A DNA stretch of 64,000 nt from Gammaproteobacteria bacterium (GCA_019454675.1 JACFNV010000001.1:471-64470); one strand, 5' to 3'; positions 18,906 to 29,663 are shown, counted from the stretch's first letter. Made by a program: numbers and translations. Notes: generated by a model from the letters alone, not told the origin.

Positions 18906-19388
18906 TTACAGGTTTTTCAGGATGTTCTCGGCGGCGCTGACCTTGAACTCGCGCGGCGCCTCGACATGCAGCTGGGCAACCACGCCATTCTTGACGAGGA
19001 TCGCGAAACGCTGGCTGCGATGGCCGAGCCCCATGCCGCTGAGGTCCAGCTCCAGGCCCAGTGCCTTGGTGTAGGCACCATTGCCGTCGGCCAGCATCAG
19101 CACCTTGTCGCCGACCTCGCGGTCGCGGCCCCAGGCATTCATGACGAAGGCGTCATTGACGGCCATGCAGGCGATGGTATCGACGCCCTTGGCCCTGATC
19201 TCCGCCGCATGCTTCACGTAGCCCGGCAGGTGGTTCATCGAGCAGGTAGGCGTGAAGGCACCCGGCACGGCAAACAGCACCACCGTCTTGCCTGCGAAGA
19301 GGTCTGCGGTGGAAAGGCTGCCGGGGCCCTCCGCGGTCATGATGCCGAAGCTGCCCTCGGGCATGCGCTCGCCCACTTTGATGGTCAT
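18906..19388 (-). CDS. Peroxiredoxin, Prx5 subfamily
   Basis: VPGAFTPTCS--HLPGY, C-AVNDAFVM-AW, LADGNG, RSQRFA. Confidence 0.95.
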   Translation of the reverse strand: MTIKVGERMPEGSFGIMTAEGPGSLSTADLFAGKTVVLFAVPGAFTPTCSMNHLPGYVKHAAEIRAKGVDTIACMAVNDAFVMNAWGRDREVGDKVLMLADGNGAYTKALGLELDLSGMGLGHRSQRFAILVKNGVVAQLHVEAPREFKVSAAENILKNL

Positions 19389-19406
19389 GGTTCTTCTCCG
19401 TGGCGG

Positions 19407-20735
19407 TCAATCGAGGGCGCGTATGCTACCAGAACCGGGCGCCCGATCGGCCGTGCCGAGCTGGCCGATGCGCGGGACCAGCCAGCTGATGAACAGCGCC
19501 GAGAGCAGCTGCGTGATGCCCACCGCCCAGAACACCGGCGCATAGGAGAAGTGCTGGCTGATCCAGCCCACGGCGGCGACGAAGGCCATGCCGCCGAAGG
19601 CCCCCACGGCACCGAAGAGCCCCCAGATGCTGGCGGCCTGGGCCGCAGGGAACAGGTCGATCGGCAGCGAAAAGAGGTTGGCGGCCTTCAGCTGGATGGC
19701 GAACATGGCCAGCCCGATCAGCGCCAGCGCCAGATAGGCCGAGTCGACCACGGCTGCCGGCAGGGTCAGCGGGACGAGCAGTGCCCCGGCCCAGATGACG
19801 GTCTTGCGGGCGCGGTCGAGCGACCAGCCCCGCATCATCAGCTGGCGGCTGGCCCAGCCACCGGCCAGGCTGCCGGCATCGGCAGCGAGGAAGGGCACCC
19901 AGACGAAGGCGGCGATCTGGACGATGTCGAAGCCGCGGGCCTGGTCGAGATAGGTGGGCAGCCAGGCGACGAAAAAATAGAAGCCGCCATCGTTGGCAAA
20001 GCGGCTGAGCACCATGCCCCACACCTCGCGGTGGCGCAGGTAGCCAAGCACGGTTCGCCAGGAGGTTGCCGCGGAGTCCGCCGACGTCGATTCGCGCCCG
20101 CCAAGGATCAGCCGCCGCTCCTCTTCGCCCAGGTGCGGATTCGCCTCCGGCAGGCTGTAGTAGCGATGCCAGAGCCACAGCCAGGCCAGGCCGATGGCAC
20201 CCGGCACCAGGAAGGCGGCATGCCAGCCACCCAGCAGGATGAGCCCGCCCAGCAACGGCGGGGCAATGACCGCACCGAGGCCCGGACCGACCGTCACGAT
20301 GCCGACCGCCAGCGATCGTTCCGCCTCGGGAAACCATTCCGCCACCGCCTTCACCGCGGCCGGGAAGTTGGTGGCCTCGGTGATGCCGAGCAGGGCGCGC
20401 AGCCCGAGGAAGCCGAGGAAGCCGCGGCCGGCCGCATGCGCCATGCCGGCGATGCTCCAGGCCAGCACCGCCCAGGAAAAGGCGCGGCGCGTGCCGAAGC
20501 GGTCGATGAGCGGGCCGACGACCAGGTGGCCCAGCGCATAGGTGAGCAGGAAGGCCGAGTTGATCAAGCCGAACTCGGTGTTGCTCAGCTCGAACTCGCG
20601 GATCAGCATCGGCCCGGCGATGGCCAGCGCCTGCCGGTCGAGGTAATTGATGGTGGTGATCAGGCACAGGAGGATGGCGATCCACCAGCGCAGCCCCCAT
20701 CCGCGGCCGGATCTGCTGGCAGGAAAGATCGACAT
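19407..20735 (-). CDS. MFS transporter, ACS family (ExuT-like anion:cation symporter)
   Basis: RW-IA-LL---TTINYLDRQ, IDRFGTR, EATNFPAAVKAVAEWFP--ER. Confidence 0.88.
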   Translation of the reverse strand: MSIFPASRSGRGWGLRWWIAILLCLITTINYLDRQALAIAGPMLIREFELSNTEFGLINSAFLLTYALGHLVVGPLIDRFGTRRAFSWAVLAWSIAGMAHAAGRGFLGFLGLRALLGITEATNFPAAVKAVAEWFPEAERSLAVGIVTVGPGLGAVIAPPLLGGLILLGGWHAAFLVPGAIGLAWLWLWHRYYSLPEANPHLGEEERRLILGGRESTSADSAATSWRTVLGYLRHREVWGMVLSRFANDGGFYFFVAWLPTYLDQARGFDIVQIAAFVWVPFLAADAGSLAGGWASRQLMMRGWSLDRARKTVIWAGALLVPLTLPAAVVDSAYLALALIGLAMFAIQLKAANLFSLPIDLFPAAQAASIWGLFGAVGAFGGMAFVAAVGWISQHFSYAPVFWAVGITQLLSALFISWLVPRIGQLGTADRAPGSGSIRALD

Positions 20736-20818
20736 GCTGGCGCCTTGATTACAGGATGACCGGCCAATTATGCTGGTCCGTCAGCCGTTTCACACAGCCG
20801 CATGCCAAAGGACCGTCC

Positions 20819-22327
20819 ATGAGCGCCGCAGCCCAGAGCCCCGCCATCTCGCAGGCGACCCGCGACTTCCTCGCCCGTCGCCACCAGTTGTTCATCGGCG
20901 GGCGCTGGGTGGAGCCTGCCAGTCCCGGCACCATCGAGGTCGTCAACCCCGCCACCGAGGAGACCATCGCCACCGTGGCCCGTGGTGGCCCGGAGGACAT
21001 CGACCGCGCGGTGGCGGCGGCACGTGCGGCGTTCAAGGGAGAATGGTCGCGCATCGGCACGCACCAGCGTTCGCGCCTGCTGTTCCGCCTCGCCGACCAG
21101 CTCGAGGCGCACCTCGACCTGGCGACCGAGCTCGAGGTGCTCGACAACGGCATGCCGCGGATGATCGCGCGGCACTCGATCGCCAAGTTCGGCTGCGACT
21201 TCCTGCGCTACTACGGCGGCTGGAGCACCAAGATCTTCGGCGAGACGATCCCGGTGCAGCCGCACGAGGCACCCAACGGCGGCTCGCTCACCTACACCCA
21301 GCGCGAGCCGGTCGGCGTGGTGGGCGCCATCACGCCCTGGAACGCGCCGCTGATCATGGCGGTACTCAAGCTCGCTCCCGCCCTGGCGGCCGGTTGCACG
21401 GTGGTGCTGAAGCCGGCCGAGCTGACGCCGCTGACCGCCCTGCTGCTGGGCGAGATCATCAGCCAGTCGGGGATCCCCGATGGCGTCGTCAACATCGTCC
21501 CCGCCTTCGGCCACGATGCCGGTGCGGCGCTGGCCGAGCACGAGGGCGTCGACAAGATCGCCTTCACCGGCTCGACCGCGGTCGGCAAAAAGATCCTCAT
21601 GGCGGCGGCGGGCAACCTCAAGCGCGTGACCCTCGAGCTGGGCGGCAAGTCGCCCTTCGTCGTGTTCCCCGATGCCGATCTCTCGCGCGTCATCCCCGGT
21701 GCCACCCGCGGCGCCTTCTTCCTGCAGGGCCAGAACTGCATGGCCAGCACGCGCCTGTTCGTCCACGACGACGTCTTCGAGCGCGTGGTGGAAGGCATTG
21801 CCGCCATGGCCAACGGCTTCCGCCTGGGCCCGGGGCTGGCTGCCGGCACCGATCTCGGCCCGCTGATCTCCGCCGACCAGCGCCGGCGGGTGATGGCCTA
21901 CATCGAGGATGGGCGCCGTTCGCAGGCCGAGCTGGTCTGTGGCGGCGAGGTTCCCGAGGGCAAGGGCTTCTTCGTCCGGCCCACGGTCTTCGCCCACACC
22001 ACCATGGACATGAAGATCGCCCGCGAGGAAATCTTCGGCCCCGTGCTGTGCATCCAGTCCTTCAACGACAGCGACCTCGAGGCGGTGGCGGCGGAGGCCA
22101 ACAAGACCGTCTACGGGCTTTCCGGCAGCGTCTGGACCCGCGACATCTCCACTGCGCACAGGATGGTCAACCTGATCGACTCGGGCCAGGTCAGCATCAA
22201 CTGCCATGCGGCGGTGGATCCGGGCATCCCCTTCGGCGGCAACCGCCAGTCGGGCTGGGGCCGCGAATTCGGCCGCGAGGGGCTCGAGGGCTATCTGAAG
22301 ACGAAGGCGACCACCGTCCTCTTCTGA
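20819..22327 (+). CDS. NAD-dependent aldehyde dehydrogenase (phenylacetaldehyde dehydrogenase-like)
   Basis: ITPWNAP, KPAELTP, FTGSTAVG, LELGGKSP, GQNC, EEIFGPV, PFGGNRQSGWGRE. Confidence 0.93.
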   Translation: MSAAAQSPAISQATRDFLARRHQLFIGGRWVEPASPGTIEVVNPATEETIATVARGGPEDIDRAVAAARAAFKGEWSRIGTHQRSRLLFRLADQLEAHLDLATELEVLDNGMPRMIARHSIAKFGCDFLRYYGGWSTKIFGETIPVQPHEAPNGGSLTYTQREPVGVVGAITPWNAPLIMAVLKLAPALAAGCTVVLKPAELTPLTALLLGEIISQSGIPDGVVNIVPAFGHDAGAALAEHEGVDKIAFTGSTAVGKKILMAAAGNLKRVTLELGGKSPFVVFPDADLSRVIPGATRGAFFLQGQNCMASTRLFVHDDVFERVVEGIAAMANGFRLGPGLAAGTDLGPLISADQRRRVMAYIEDGRRSQAELVCGGEVPEGKGFFVRPTVFAHTTMDMKIAREEIFGPVLCIQSFNDSDLEAVAAEANKTVYGLSGSVWTRDISTAHRMVNLIDSGQVSINCHAAVDPGIPFGGNRQSGWGREFGREGLEGYLKTKATTVLF

Positions 22328-22337
22328 GGCGGTATCG

Positions 22338-22366
22338 GGTGGGCCGCCAGCCGGTGGCCCACACCC
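22338..22366. terminator. Hairpin between convergent ALDH and AKR genes
   Basis: gtgggcc-N10-ggcccac inverted repeat just after the ALDH stop; no U tract. Confidence 0.45.
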
Positions 22367-22387
22367 TCCGCCAACCGCCCTGGTGCT

Positions 22388-23449
22388 CTAGTGGCGGTAG
22401 GCGCGATGCGGCATCCGCCCGCGCACCTCGCCGTACATCAATTGCTGGAAGAAACCGCTGTCGAGCAGCGATTGCGGATAGCCGGGCAATGGCGGTGCCA
22501 GCTCATCGAGCCGTGCCAGCTGCGCGGCGTCCAGCTGCAGCTCCAGGCAGCCCAGGTTTTCCGCAAGCTGCCCGCGGTTGCGGGCGCCGATGATGGGCAC
22601 CAGAACCGGTGAGGGATGCCGCTGGCGCAGCCAGGCGAGTGCCAGCTGCGCCGGGCGGCAGTCCATCTCGGCGGCCATGCGCACCAGGCCATCCGCTGCG
22701 CGCCGGTTGCGCTCGTCGAACACCCGCGCCGCCCGTGCCGGCTGCGACAGGCGTGCCCCGGCGCTGGCAGCGGGCGCCGCACCGGAAGAGAACTTTCCGC
22801 TCAGCAGGCCGCTCGCCAGCGGGCTCCACGGCGTGATGGCCATGTCCTGTGCCTCGGCCAGGGCGAGGAAATCCGCTTCGATGCTGCGCTCGACCAGGTT
22901 GTAGTGCAGCTGCATGGCGGTGAACGGCGTCCATCCACGCTCGAGGGCGATCGTGTTGGCACTGGCGATGGCCCATGCCGGCGCGTTGGAAATGCCGATG
23001 TGCAGGATCTTGCCCGCCCTCACCTGGTCATCCAGCGCCCGCATGAGTTCCGCGGGCGGGATGCGTGCATCCCAGCCATGCAGCCAGTACAGGTCGATAT
23101 AGGGCGTGCGCAGCCTGCGCAGGCTCGCCTCCAGTGCCTGGACCAGGTTCTTGCGCTGGCTGCCAGCCGCGTTCGGGTCGTCGCCGCGGGTGGAGAGGCC
23201 ATACTTGGTGGCCAGTACCAGGTGCTCGCGCTCGCTGGCCGCGAAGTCGCCGAGCATGCTTTCGCTGGTGCCCCGGTTGTAGACATTGGCGGTGTCGATG
23301 AAATTGCCCCCGGCCCCGAGGAAGGCATCGAACACCGCCTGGCACTCGGGCCTGGGCGCTCCCAGGCCCATTTCCTCGCCGAAAGTCATGGTGCCGAGGC
23401 AGAGTTCGGAAACGCGCAGCCCGCTGCGGCCCAGTGCCAGGTATTTCAT
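22388..23449 (-). CDS. Aldo/keto reductase
   Basis: LGRSGLRVSELCLGTMTFG, DTANVY, LATKY, YIDLYWLH, IG-SN, PWSPLASGLL, IIGAR. Confidence 0.93.
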   Translation of the reverse strand: MKYLALGRSGLRVSELCLGTMTFGEEMGLGAPRPECQAVFDAFLGAGGNFIDTANVYNRGTSESMLGDFAASEREHLVLATKYGLSTRGDDPNAAGSQRKNLVQALEASLRRLRTPYIDLYWLHGWDARIPPAELMRALDDQVRAGKILHIGISNAPAWAIASANTIALERGWTPFTAMQLHYNLVERSIEADFLALAEAQDMAITPWSPLASGLLSGKFSSGAAPAASAGARLSQPARAARVFDERNRRAADGLVRMAAEMDCRPAQLALAWLRQRHPSPVLVPIIGARNRGQLAENLGCLELQLDAAQLARLDELAPPLPGYPQSLLDSGFFQQLMYGEVRGRMPHRAYRH

Positions 23450-23618
23450 CTGTTCCAGGTCCTTGCTCCGTGGCTGTCGGCGCCGCCCGGCATCCCGGAA
23501 GCGGCGGCCGTCGATGGGGATGCGCAACTGTAGCAGGGCGCCAACCGTCCACCCTTGGCAGGACCGCCGGGGATGACTATGATTGTCCACCTGTTGGATT
23601 GGTTTCGTTTCAAATACA

Positions 23619-24464
23619 ATGGCATCCACACGTCCGATTCGCGCCCTGCAGCGCGGCCTTGAAGTGCTGCATGTCCTCAACCTGCAAAACGGCGCCACGG
23701 TCTCCGAGGTGGCCATCGCCATCGGCCTGCCGCGGACGACGACCTACCGCATCCTGGAGACGCTCTGCGCCGCCGGCTACGCCTATCGTGCCGTTGTCGA
23801 TGAGCGTTACCGGCTCACCATCATGGTGCGCGGCCTGAGCGATGGCTTCGACGACGAGGCCTGGGTATCGCAGATAGCGCGCCCCTACATCCATGCGCTG
23901 TGCAACGAGCTGGTATGGCCGATTGCGGTGGCCACCCTCTCCGGCTCCACCATGATGATCCGCCAGACCACCGACCATCGCAGCCCCCTTGCGGTGGAGA
24001 AGCGCGGGCCCGGCTTCAGGGTGCCGATCCTGGAATCCGCCGCGGGGCTGGCCTACCTGGCCTTCTGTGCCGGGGAGCAGCGCAAGGCGATCCTCGACCT
24101 GCTGATGAAGTCGCGCCGCGAGCAGGACCGCCCTGTCCACGGCCAGGCCAGGATCGAGGCGACGCTGAACGAGGTGCGCCTGCGCGGCTTTGCCATCAAC
24201 CGCCGGGCACGGCGTGTCGCCGACGAGATGAGCATGGCGGTGCCGGTGCTGGCCGGGGAGCGCCTGCTGGCGACGCTGGGCATCCGCTTTGCGGTGACGG
24301 CCGTCTCCGAGGCCGAGGCCATCGAACGCTTCGTGCCGCAGCTGAAGCTGGCGGCCAGCCGGATCGGCGAGGAATTCATGCAGCAGGCGGAGCAGGATAT
24401 CCGCGCTGCCGCCGGCCAGCCGCCGGTGCGTGCCACCCATTCCGGGCTGCGCGCGGCCAGGTAA
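23619..24464 (+). CDS. IclR-family transcriptional regulator (MhpR-like)
   Basis: IRALQRGLEVL, GLPRTTTYRILETL HTH, SAAGLAYLA, SMAVPV. Confidence 0.9.
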   Translation: MASTRPIRALQRGLEVLHVLNLQNGATVSEVAIAIGLPRTTTYRILETLCAAGYAYRAVVDERYRLTIMVRGLSDGFDDEAWVSQIARPYIHALCNELVWPIAVATLSGSTMMIRQTTDHRSPLAVEKRGPGFRVPILESAAGLAYLAFCAGEQRKAILDLLMKSRREQDRPVHGQARIEATLNEVRLRGFAINRRARRVADEMSMAVPVLAGERLLATLGIRFAVTAVSEAEAIERFVPQLKLAASRIGEEFMQQAEQDIRAAAGQPPVRATHSGLRAAR

Positions 24465-24527
24465 GCCGGACCCAGGGGAAAGCCGGATGGGCGTCCCGGA
24501 GGACACCCATCCGGCCAGCATCGGACA

Positions 24528-26477
24528 TCAGGCAGCCTTGCCCTTCTTGCTGCCTGCCTTCTGGCGCTTCCCGGCCGCAGCCGTCCTGGCGGCATTTGCC
24601 TGGATGGCCTGGATGAAGCGCGGAAATTCCGGCTGCTTGGGTGCCGGCAGGCCGGTTTCCTTCTGGCAGCGCTTCTTCAGCTCGGGGATCTTGTCGCCGA
24701 AGTTGAAGATGCCGGTCTTGCCACGCTTCTTCGCCAGCCTGGCACGCAGGGCCTTGGTGGCCTTTTCGTCCAGGCCGCCGTTCTTCCCGAGCACCACGCC
24801 GTAATGGGCTTTCGCGCCCTCCGCCGTGACCAGTCCGGCGTCGACATCGAAGACCACCGCTGCCGGGTCGCGCGCGTAGGGGTCGCCCCAGCCACCGCCG
24901 CCCCAGGTATCGAAGTTGAGCAGGTCACCCTCCTTCACCTGGATGCGGTCGCACTTCGAGGGGAGGATCTCGCGGCTGCCGTTCTTGCGCACCAGCTCCT
25001 TGCGGCTGCGCTGGCCGGGTGCGCCACCGTTGACGCCCCAGGGATAGGTCAGCCAGCGGTCGTCGTGGATGGAGATCTCGCCGTCCTCGAGGAAGCGGTA
25101 GCCGACGCGCAGCGCGTTGCCGCCGCGGTGCTTGCCGGCGCCGCCGCTGTCCGGGAGCGTCTCGTAGGTCTCGATGCGCAGCGGGAAGTAGGCCTCGACG
25201 AACTCGTTGGGCACGTTGGTGAAGTTCGGCCACATGGAGTGGCCGTCGGGTCCGTCGCCGACCGGCCGGCCCGGCACGCCGCCGAAGCCGATCTGGAACA
25301 GCTGGAACCACTCGCCGTTCTTGTCGTAGCCCGAATACATGAGGTGCGGGCTGTCGGAAAAGCCGGCCGCGTTGAGGAAGTCCGGGTTGCTCTGGCCGAA
25401 GAGGCCGCTGAGCACGTCGAACAGTCGCCCGAGCGCATGGGTACGGCATGACAGGGCCGCGGGCTCCACCGGCTTGAGCAGCGTACCCCGCGGGATGCGC
25501 ACCTCCATCAGGTCGTAGAAGCCGTCGTTGAACATGATCTTCGGGTCGAAGACCATGATCATCCACACGCCGGCGAACATCTTGAACATTTCCTCGTTGA
25601 GGAAGAAGTTCACCGAGCCGATCGACTGCGGATCGGTGCCCTCGAAGTCGAAGACGATCTTCGAGCCCTCGCGCCACATGGTGCAGCGCATCTTGTAGGG
25701 GCCCATGCCCATGCCATCGTCGCAGAGGTAGTCCTCGAAGGACTGCTTCCTGGTGGACACGGTGGTCTTGATCAGCTGCGCCATGGCGCGCCGGTTGCGG
25801 TCGAGCAACTCCTCCAGCGCGGAGTAGTAGACGTCGTCGCCGAAGCGGTTCGCCATCTCGATGACGCGCTTCTCGGCGGTGCGGATGGAGGCGATGATGG
25901 CGTTGAAGTCGCTGCGGTTCCAGTGCGGCAGGCGGCAGTTGTGCAGGATCAGGTTGAGGATGTCCTCCTGCAGCACGTCCTTCCTGTAGATCTTGGTGGG
26001 GGGGACGCGGATGCCCTCCTCGTAGATCTGGCGCGCATCGGTGGGCAGGCTGCCCGGCACCTTGCCGCCGACGTCCGTCATGTGGCCGAACATGGCCGCA
26101 TAGGCCGCCAGGCGCCCGTCCTTGAAGATCGGGCGCAGCAGCAGCCAGTCGTTGATGTGGCTCACGGCGCCGTTGCAGGAATACGGGTCGGTGATGAGGA
26201 AGATGTCGCCTTCCTCGATGGTGCCCTCGTAGGCTTCCTTGAAGCCGTAGATGAAGCTGCCGAACTGGCCGACGACCATCTTGCCGTCGACGTTGGCGAT
26301 CATCGGGAAGGCATCGCCCTGCTCGCGGATGCCCGGCGACATGGCGGTGCGGAACAGCACGGCATCCATTTCGTGGCGGGCATTGAGCATCGCATTTTCA
26401 ATGATGTCCAAGGTGACCGGATCGACGGCAACCCGCTCGAAGGCCTTGGGACTGGTTTCGACAATCTTGGCTGGCAT
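24528..26477 (-). CDS. Hydantoinase B / 5-oxoprolinase-family subunit
   Basis: [62 protein letters not shown]. Confidence 0.92.
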   Translation of the reverse strand: MPAKIVETSPKAFERVAVDPVTLDIIENAMLNARHEMDAVLFRTAMSPGIREQGDAFPMIANVDGKMVVGQFGSFIYGFKEAYEGTIEEGDIFLITDPYSCNGAVSHINDWLLLRPIFKDGRLAAYAAMFGHMTDVGGKVPGSLPTDARQIYEEGIRVPPTKIYRKDVLQEDILNLILHNCRLPHWNRSDFNAIIASIRTAEKRVIEMANRFGDDVYYSALEELLDRNRRAMAQLIKTTVSTRKQSFEDYLCDDGMGMGPYKMRCTMWREGSKIVFDFEGTDPQSIGSVNFFLNEEMFKMFAGVWMIMVFDPKIMFNDGFYDLMEVRIPRGTLLKPVEPAALSCRTHALGRLFDVLSGLFGQSNPDFLNAAGFSDSPHLMYSGYDKNGEWFQLFQIGFGGVPGRPVGDGPDGHSMWPNFTNVPNEFVEAYFPLRIETYETLPDSGGAGKHRGGNALRVGYRFLEDGEISIHDDRWLTYPWGVNGGAPGQRSRKELVRKNGSREILPSKCDRIQVKEGDLLNFDTWGGGGWGDPYARDPAAVVFDVDAGLVTAEGAKAHYGVVLGKNGGLDEKATKALRARLAKKRGKTGIFNFGDKIPELKKRCQKETGLPAPKQPEFPRFIQAIQANAARTAAAGKRQKAGSKKGKAA

Positions 26478-26504
26478 CTGTCTGTGCTCCGTAGTGGCCC
26501 GCGC

Positions 26505-28559
26505 TTATTCCGGGGTGATCACGATGTTGCCGAACTCATCCACGCGACCGACGTGGTCGGGCAGGATCACGGTGGTGGTGTCCATCTGCAGTATCACTGC
26601 CGGTCCACGCACCACGTTGCCCGCCAGCAGCCTGCTGCGATCGTAGAGCCTGGCCTTGCGGTCCTTGCCGTCGACGAACATCAGATGCTCGCCGAGCAGT
26701 GCCGCCGAGGGATCGCTGCCGCCCTTGTCGAGGCTGGTGGCGCGCACCGCAGCCGGCTTGCCCTGGGCCACCGCGCGCAGGTTGACGATTTCCTTCTCTT
26801 CCTGCAGCGCAAAGGTGAAGAGCTGCGTATGCACCTCGTCGAACTGCCTGCCGATGACATCCAGCCCCTGCTTTTCCAGCTCGTCGAGGCTGAAGTCGAC
26901 GGTCAGCAGGAAGCCCTGGCCGCGGTAGCGGACATCGGCCTGGAAGGTATGCTTCTGTTCGTTGCGCGCGATGCCGTCGCGGTCGAGGCTGCGTGCCGCA
27001 CTGTTGATGAGCTGGTTGAGGATCTTCGCCACCTCGCGCGCGTTGGTCTCGCTGAAGCCGCGGATGAAGGTGCGCGCGAACTCGTCGCGCACGCTGGTCG
27101 TGGCATCGCCCACCGCGCACAGCACGCCGGGGCTGCCGGGGATGATCACCGGCCAGGCTTGCGACAGCTTGCCCAGTGCATTGGCGTGCAGGGGGCCCGC
27201 GCCGCCGAAGCCCATCAGCGCGAAGTCGCGCGGGTCGTAGCCCTTTTCCACCGACACCAGGCGCAGCGCGCCGTACATGTTCTCGTTGACGATGTCGATG
27301 ATGCCGGCGGCTGCCTCCTTCACGGAGAGCTTGAGCGCCTTGGCCACCTTGCCCACCGCCGCCTCGGCAAGGTCCCTGCGGATGACCATGTCGCCGCCGA
27401 GGCGCACCTCGCCGCTCGGCAGGAAGCCCAGCACCACGTTGGCGTCCGTGACCGTGGGCTCGTCGCCGCCCTTGTCGTAGGCCGCCGGGCCCGGGTCCGC
27501 GCCCGCGCTCTGCGGGCCGACGCGCAGCGCGCCGGTGATCTCCGGCACGTAGGCGATCGAGCCGCCGCCGGCGCCGACCGTGCGCACGTCGATCGAGGAG
27601 GCACGGACGACGACCTCGTGGACGCTGGTCTCGCGGCGCAGCTGCGCCTGGCCATCCTGGATCAGCGCGACGTCGGTCGAAGTGCCACCCATGTCGAAGG
27701 TGAGGATGTTCTTGTAGCCGGCCTGCTTGCCGGTCCACATCGCCCCCGAGACGCCACCGGCCGGGCCGCTCATCAGCATGTTGACCGGGTAGTCCTCGGC
27801 CGCCTTGGCCGATGCCAGGCCACCGTCCGAGCGCAGCACCCGCAGCTGCACCCGCTTCATTTCCTTTTTCAGCTCGCGCTGCAGGTTGCGCACGTACTTG
27901 GCCACCTTCGGTGCCACGTAGGCATTGGCGACGGTGGTGGCCGTGCGTTCGTACTCCTGCATCTCCGGCACGATCACCGAAGACAGGGAAACCGGGATGT
28001 CCGGCAGCACCTCGGCGGCGATCGCCGCGATCTCCTGCTCGTGCGCCGGGTTGGCGAAGGAGTTGATCAGCGAGACGGTGAGCGACTCGATCCCCTTCTT
28101 GCGCAGCGCCTTGAGGTCCTTCGTCAGCTTCGCCCTGTTGAGCTTGGTGACGACCTCGCCCCTGGCGCCGATGCGCTCATCGGCCTCGATGGTGAGCGAC
28201 AGCGGTGCCAGCGGCGGTGGCTTGTTGTAGATCACCCAGCCACCGAGCCCGCCGGGCACGAAGGAGCGCGCGATCTGCAGTACCTGCCGGTAGCCCTTGG
28301 TGGTGACCAGGCCGACCCTGGCGCCGGTATGCGTGAGGATGGTGTTGGTGGCCACCGTGGTGCCGTGCATCACGTGGGTGATCTCGTTCGGATCGATGCC
28401 GGCGTTCTGGCAGATGCGCCCGATGCCGTTGAGCACGCCTATGGAGGGATCGCTGGGTGTGCTTGGCACCTTGGCCGAGTGGACGTCGCCGGTCTGCCCG
28501 TTGACGAGGATCAGATCGGTGAAGGTTCCACCGACGTCGACTCCAAGACGGTAACTCAT
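26505..28559 (-). CDS. Hydantoinase A / 5-oxoprolinase-family ATP-binding subunit
   Basis: RLGVDVGGTFTD, HGTTVATN, EYER--TT-ANAYV, SGPAGG, DMGGTSTDV, GAGGGSI, GPQSAGA-PGP. Confidence 0.93.
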   Translation of the reverse strand: MSYRLGVDVGGTFTDLILVNGQTGDVHSAKVPSTPSDPSIGVLNGIGRICQNAGIDPNEITHVMHGTTVATNTILTHTGARVGLVTTKGYRQVLQIARSFVPGGLGGWVIYNKPPPLAPLSLTIEADERIGARGEVVTKLNRAKLTKDLKALRKKGIESLTVSLINSFANPAHEQEIAAIAAEVLPDIPVSLSSVIVPEMQEYERTATTVANAYVAPKVAKYVRNLQRELKKEMKRVQLRVLRSDGGLASAKAAEDYPVNMLMSGPAGGVSGAMWTGKQAGYKNILTFDMGGTSTDVALIQDGQAQLRRETSVHEVVVRASSIDVRTVGAGGGSIAYVPEITGALRVGPQSAGADPGPAAYDKGGDEPTVTDANVVLGFLPSGEVRLGGDMVIRRDLAEAAVGKVAKALKLSVKEAAAGIIDIVNENMYGALRLVSVEKGYDPRDFALMGFGGAGPLHANALGKLSQAWPVIIPGSPGVLCAVGDATTSVRDEFARTFIRGFSETNAREVAKILNQLINSAARSLDRDGIARNEQKHTFQADVRYRGQGFLLTVDFSLDELEKQGLDVIGRQFDEVHTQLFTFALQEEKEIVNLRAVAQGKPAAVRATSLDKGGSDPSAALLGEHLMFVDGKDRKARLYDRSRLLAGNVVRGPAVILQMDTTTVILPDHVGRVDEFGNIVITPE

Positions 28560-28712
28560 ACACACACCTCGATGTTTCCAGGATTCTTCCGTTTGCCCCG
28601 CCATCGGCAGGTCACCGCCAGCCGGTGCCCTTTCCGGGGCGGCACGACCTTGGCCATGGCTGGGTCGATCTGCTGTTGCTGGTACCTTGCCCCGCCCGCT
28701 CGCGGACCGTGC

Positions 28713-29663
28713 TCAGCCCGCCGCCCGGTGCTGCTCGATCACCTTGGGGAAAATGCCCGCCTTGGGCAACATGGCCGGCACCCCCCTGCCAAGCTGCTGC
28801 TGCAGCCAGTTGCTGGTCTCGATCACCTGCTCCAGCGACACGCCGGTGTGCACGCCGGAACGGTCCAGCATGTACAGCAGGTCGTCGGTCGCGATGTTGC
28901 CGGTGGCCGCCGGTGCAAAGGGGCAGCCGCCGATGCCGCCGATGCTGGCATCCAGCGAGTCCACGCCGGCATCCAGCGCCGCCTGGGCGTTGGCGATGCC
29001 GGTGTTGCGGGTGTTGTGGAAATGGGCGCGGATCGGCACGCCGGGCGCACGTTCGCGGATGGCGTGGATCATCTCGCCCACCTGGGAGGGAACGCCCACG
29101 CCGATGCTGTCGGCGATGCCGAGCTCGACGGGCTCGCCGGCGAGCACCTGGTCCACCAGGTCGAGGACGCGCCGCAGCGGCACCTCGCCCTCGAAGGGGC
29201 AGCCGAAGGCAGAGGAAATCATGACGTTCGCACGCATGCCGGCAGCGCGCGCCTCCTGCGCGATCGCCAGCCATGCCTTGACCGATTCGGCGGTCGGCAC
29301 GCCCTGGTTGCGCTGGTTGTAGGTGTCGCTGGCCACCACCGCCATGCCGATCTCGCCGAGGCCCGCGTCGCGTGCACGCTCGAAGCCCTTGCGGTTGAGC
29401 ACGAGGCCGATGTAACGGACATCGTCGCGCCGGGGCAGGCCGGCGATGACCGCCTCCGCATCTGCCATCTGCGGGACGCGCTTCGGGTGGACGAAACTGG
29501 TGACCTCCAGGGCACGGATCCCCGCGTCGATGGCGCGACGGATGAACTCGATCTTGGCCTCGGTCGGGAGGATCTCCGGCTCGCTCTGCAGCCCATCACG
29601 CGGACCGACCTCGATGATGGAAAGCTTGCGTTGTGGCTGGGTCATGGCTGTCTTGCGGGCCAT
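28713..29663 (-). CDS. HMG-CoA lyase-like (DRE-TIM) acyl-CoA C-C lyase
   Basis: EVGPRDGLQ, FGCPFEG, HFHNT, GG-GGCPFAP-ATGN-ATDD; alternative start at 29645. Confidence 0.9.
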   Translation of the reverse strand: MARKTAMTQPQRKLSIIEVGPRDGLQSEPEILPTEAKIEFIRRAIDAGIRALEVTSFVHPKRVPQMADAEAVIAGLPRRDDVRYIGLVLNRKGFERARDAGLGEIGMAVVASDTYNQRNQGVPTAESVKAWLAIAQEARAAGMRANVMISSAFGCPFEGEVPLRRVLDLVDQVLAGEPVELGIADSIGVGVPSQVGEMIHAIRERAPGVPIRAHFHNTRNTGIANAQAALDAGVDSLDASIGGIGGCPFAPAATGNIATDDLLYMLDRSGVHTGVSLEQVIETSNWLQQQLGRGVPAMLPKAGIFPKVIEQHRAAG

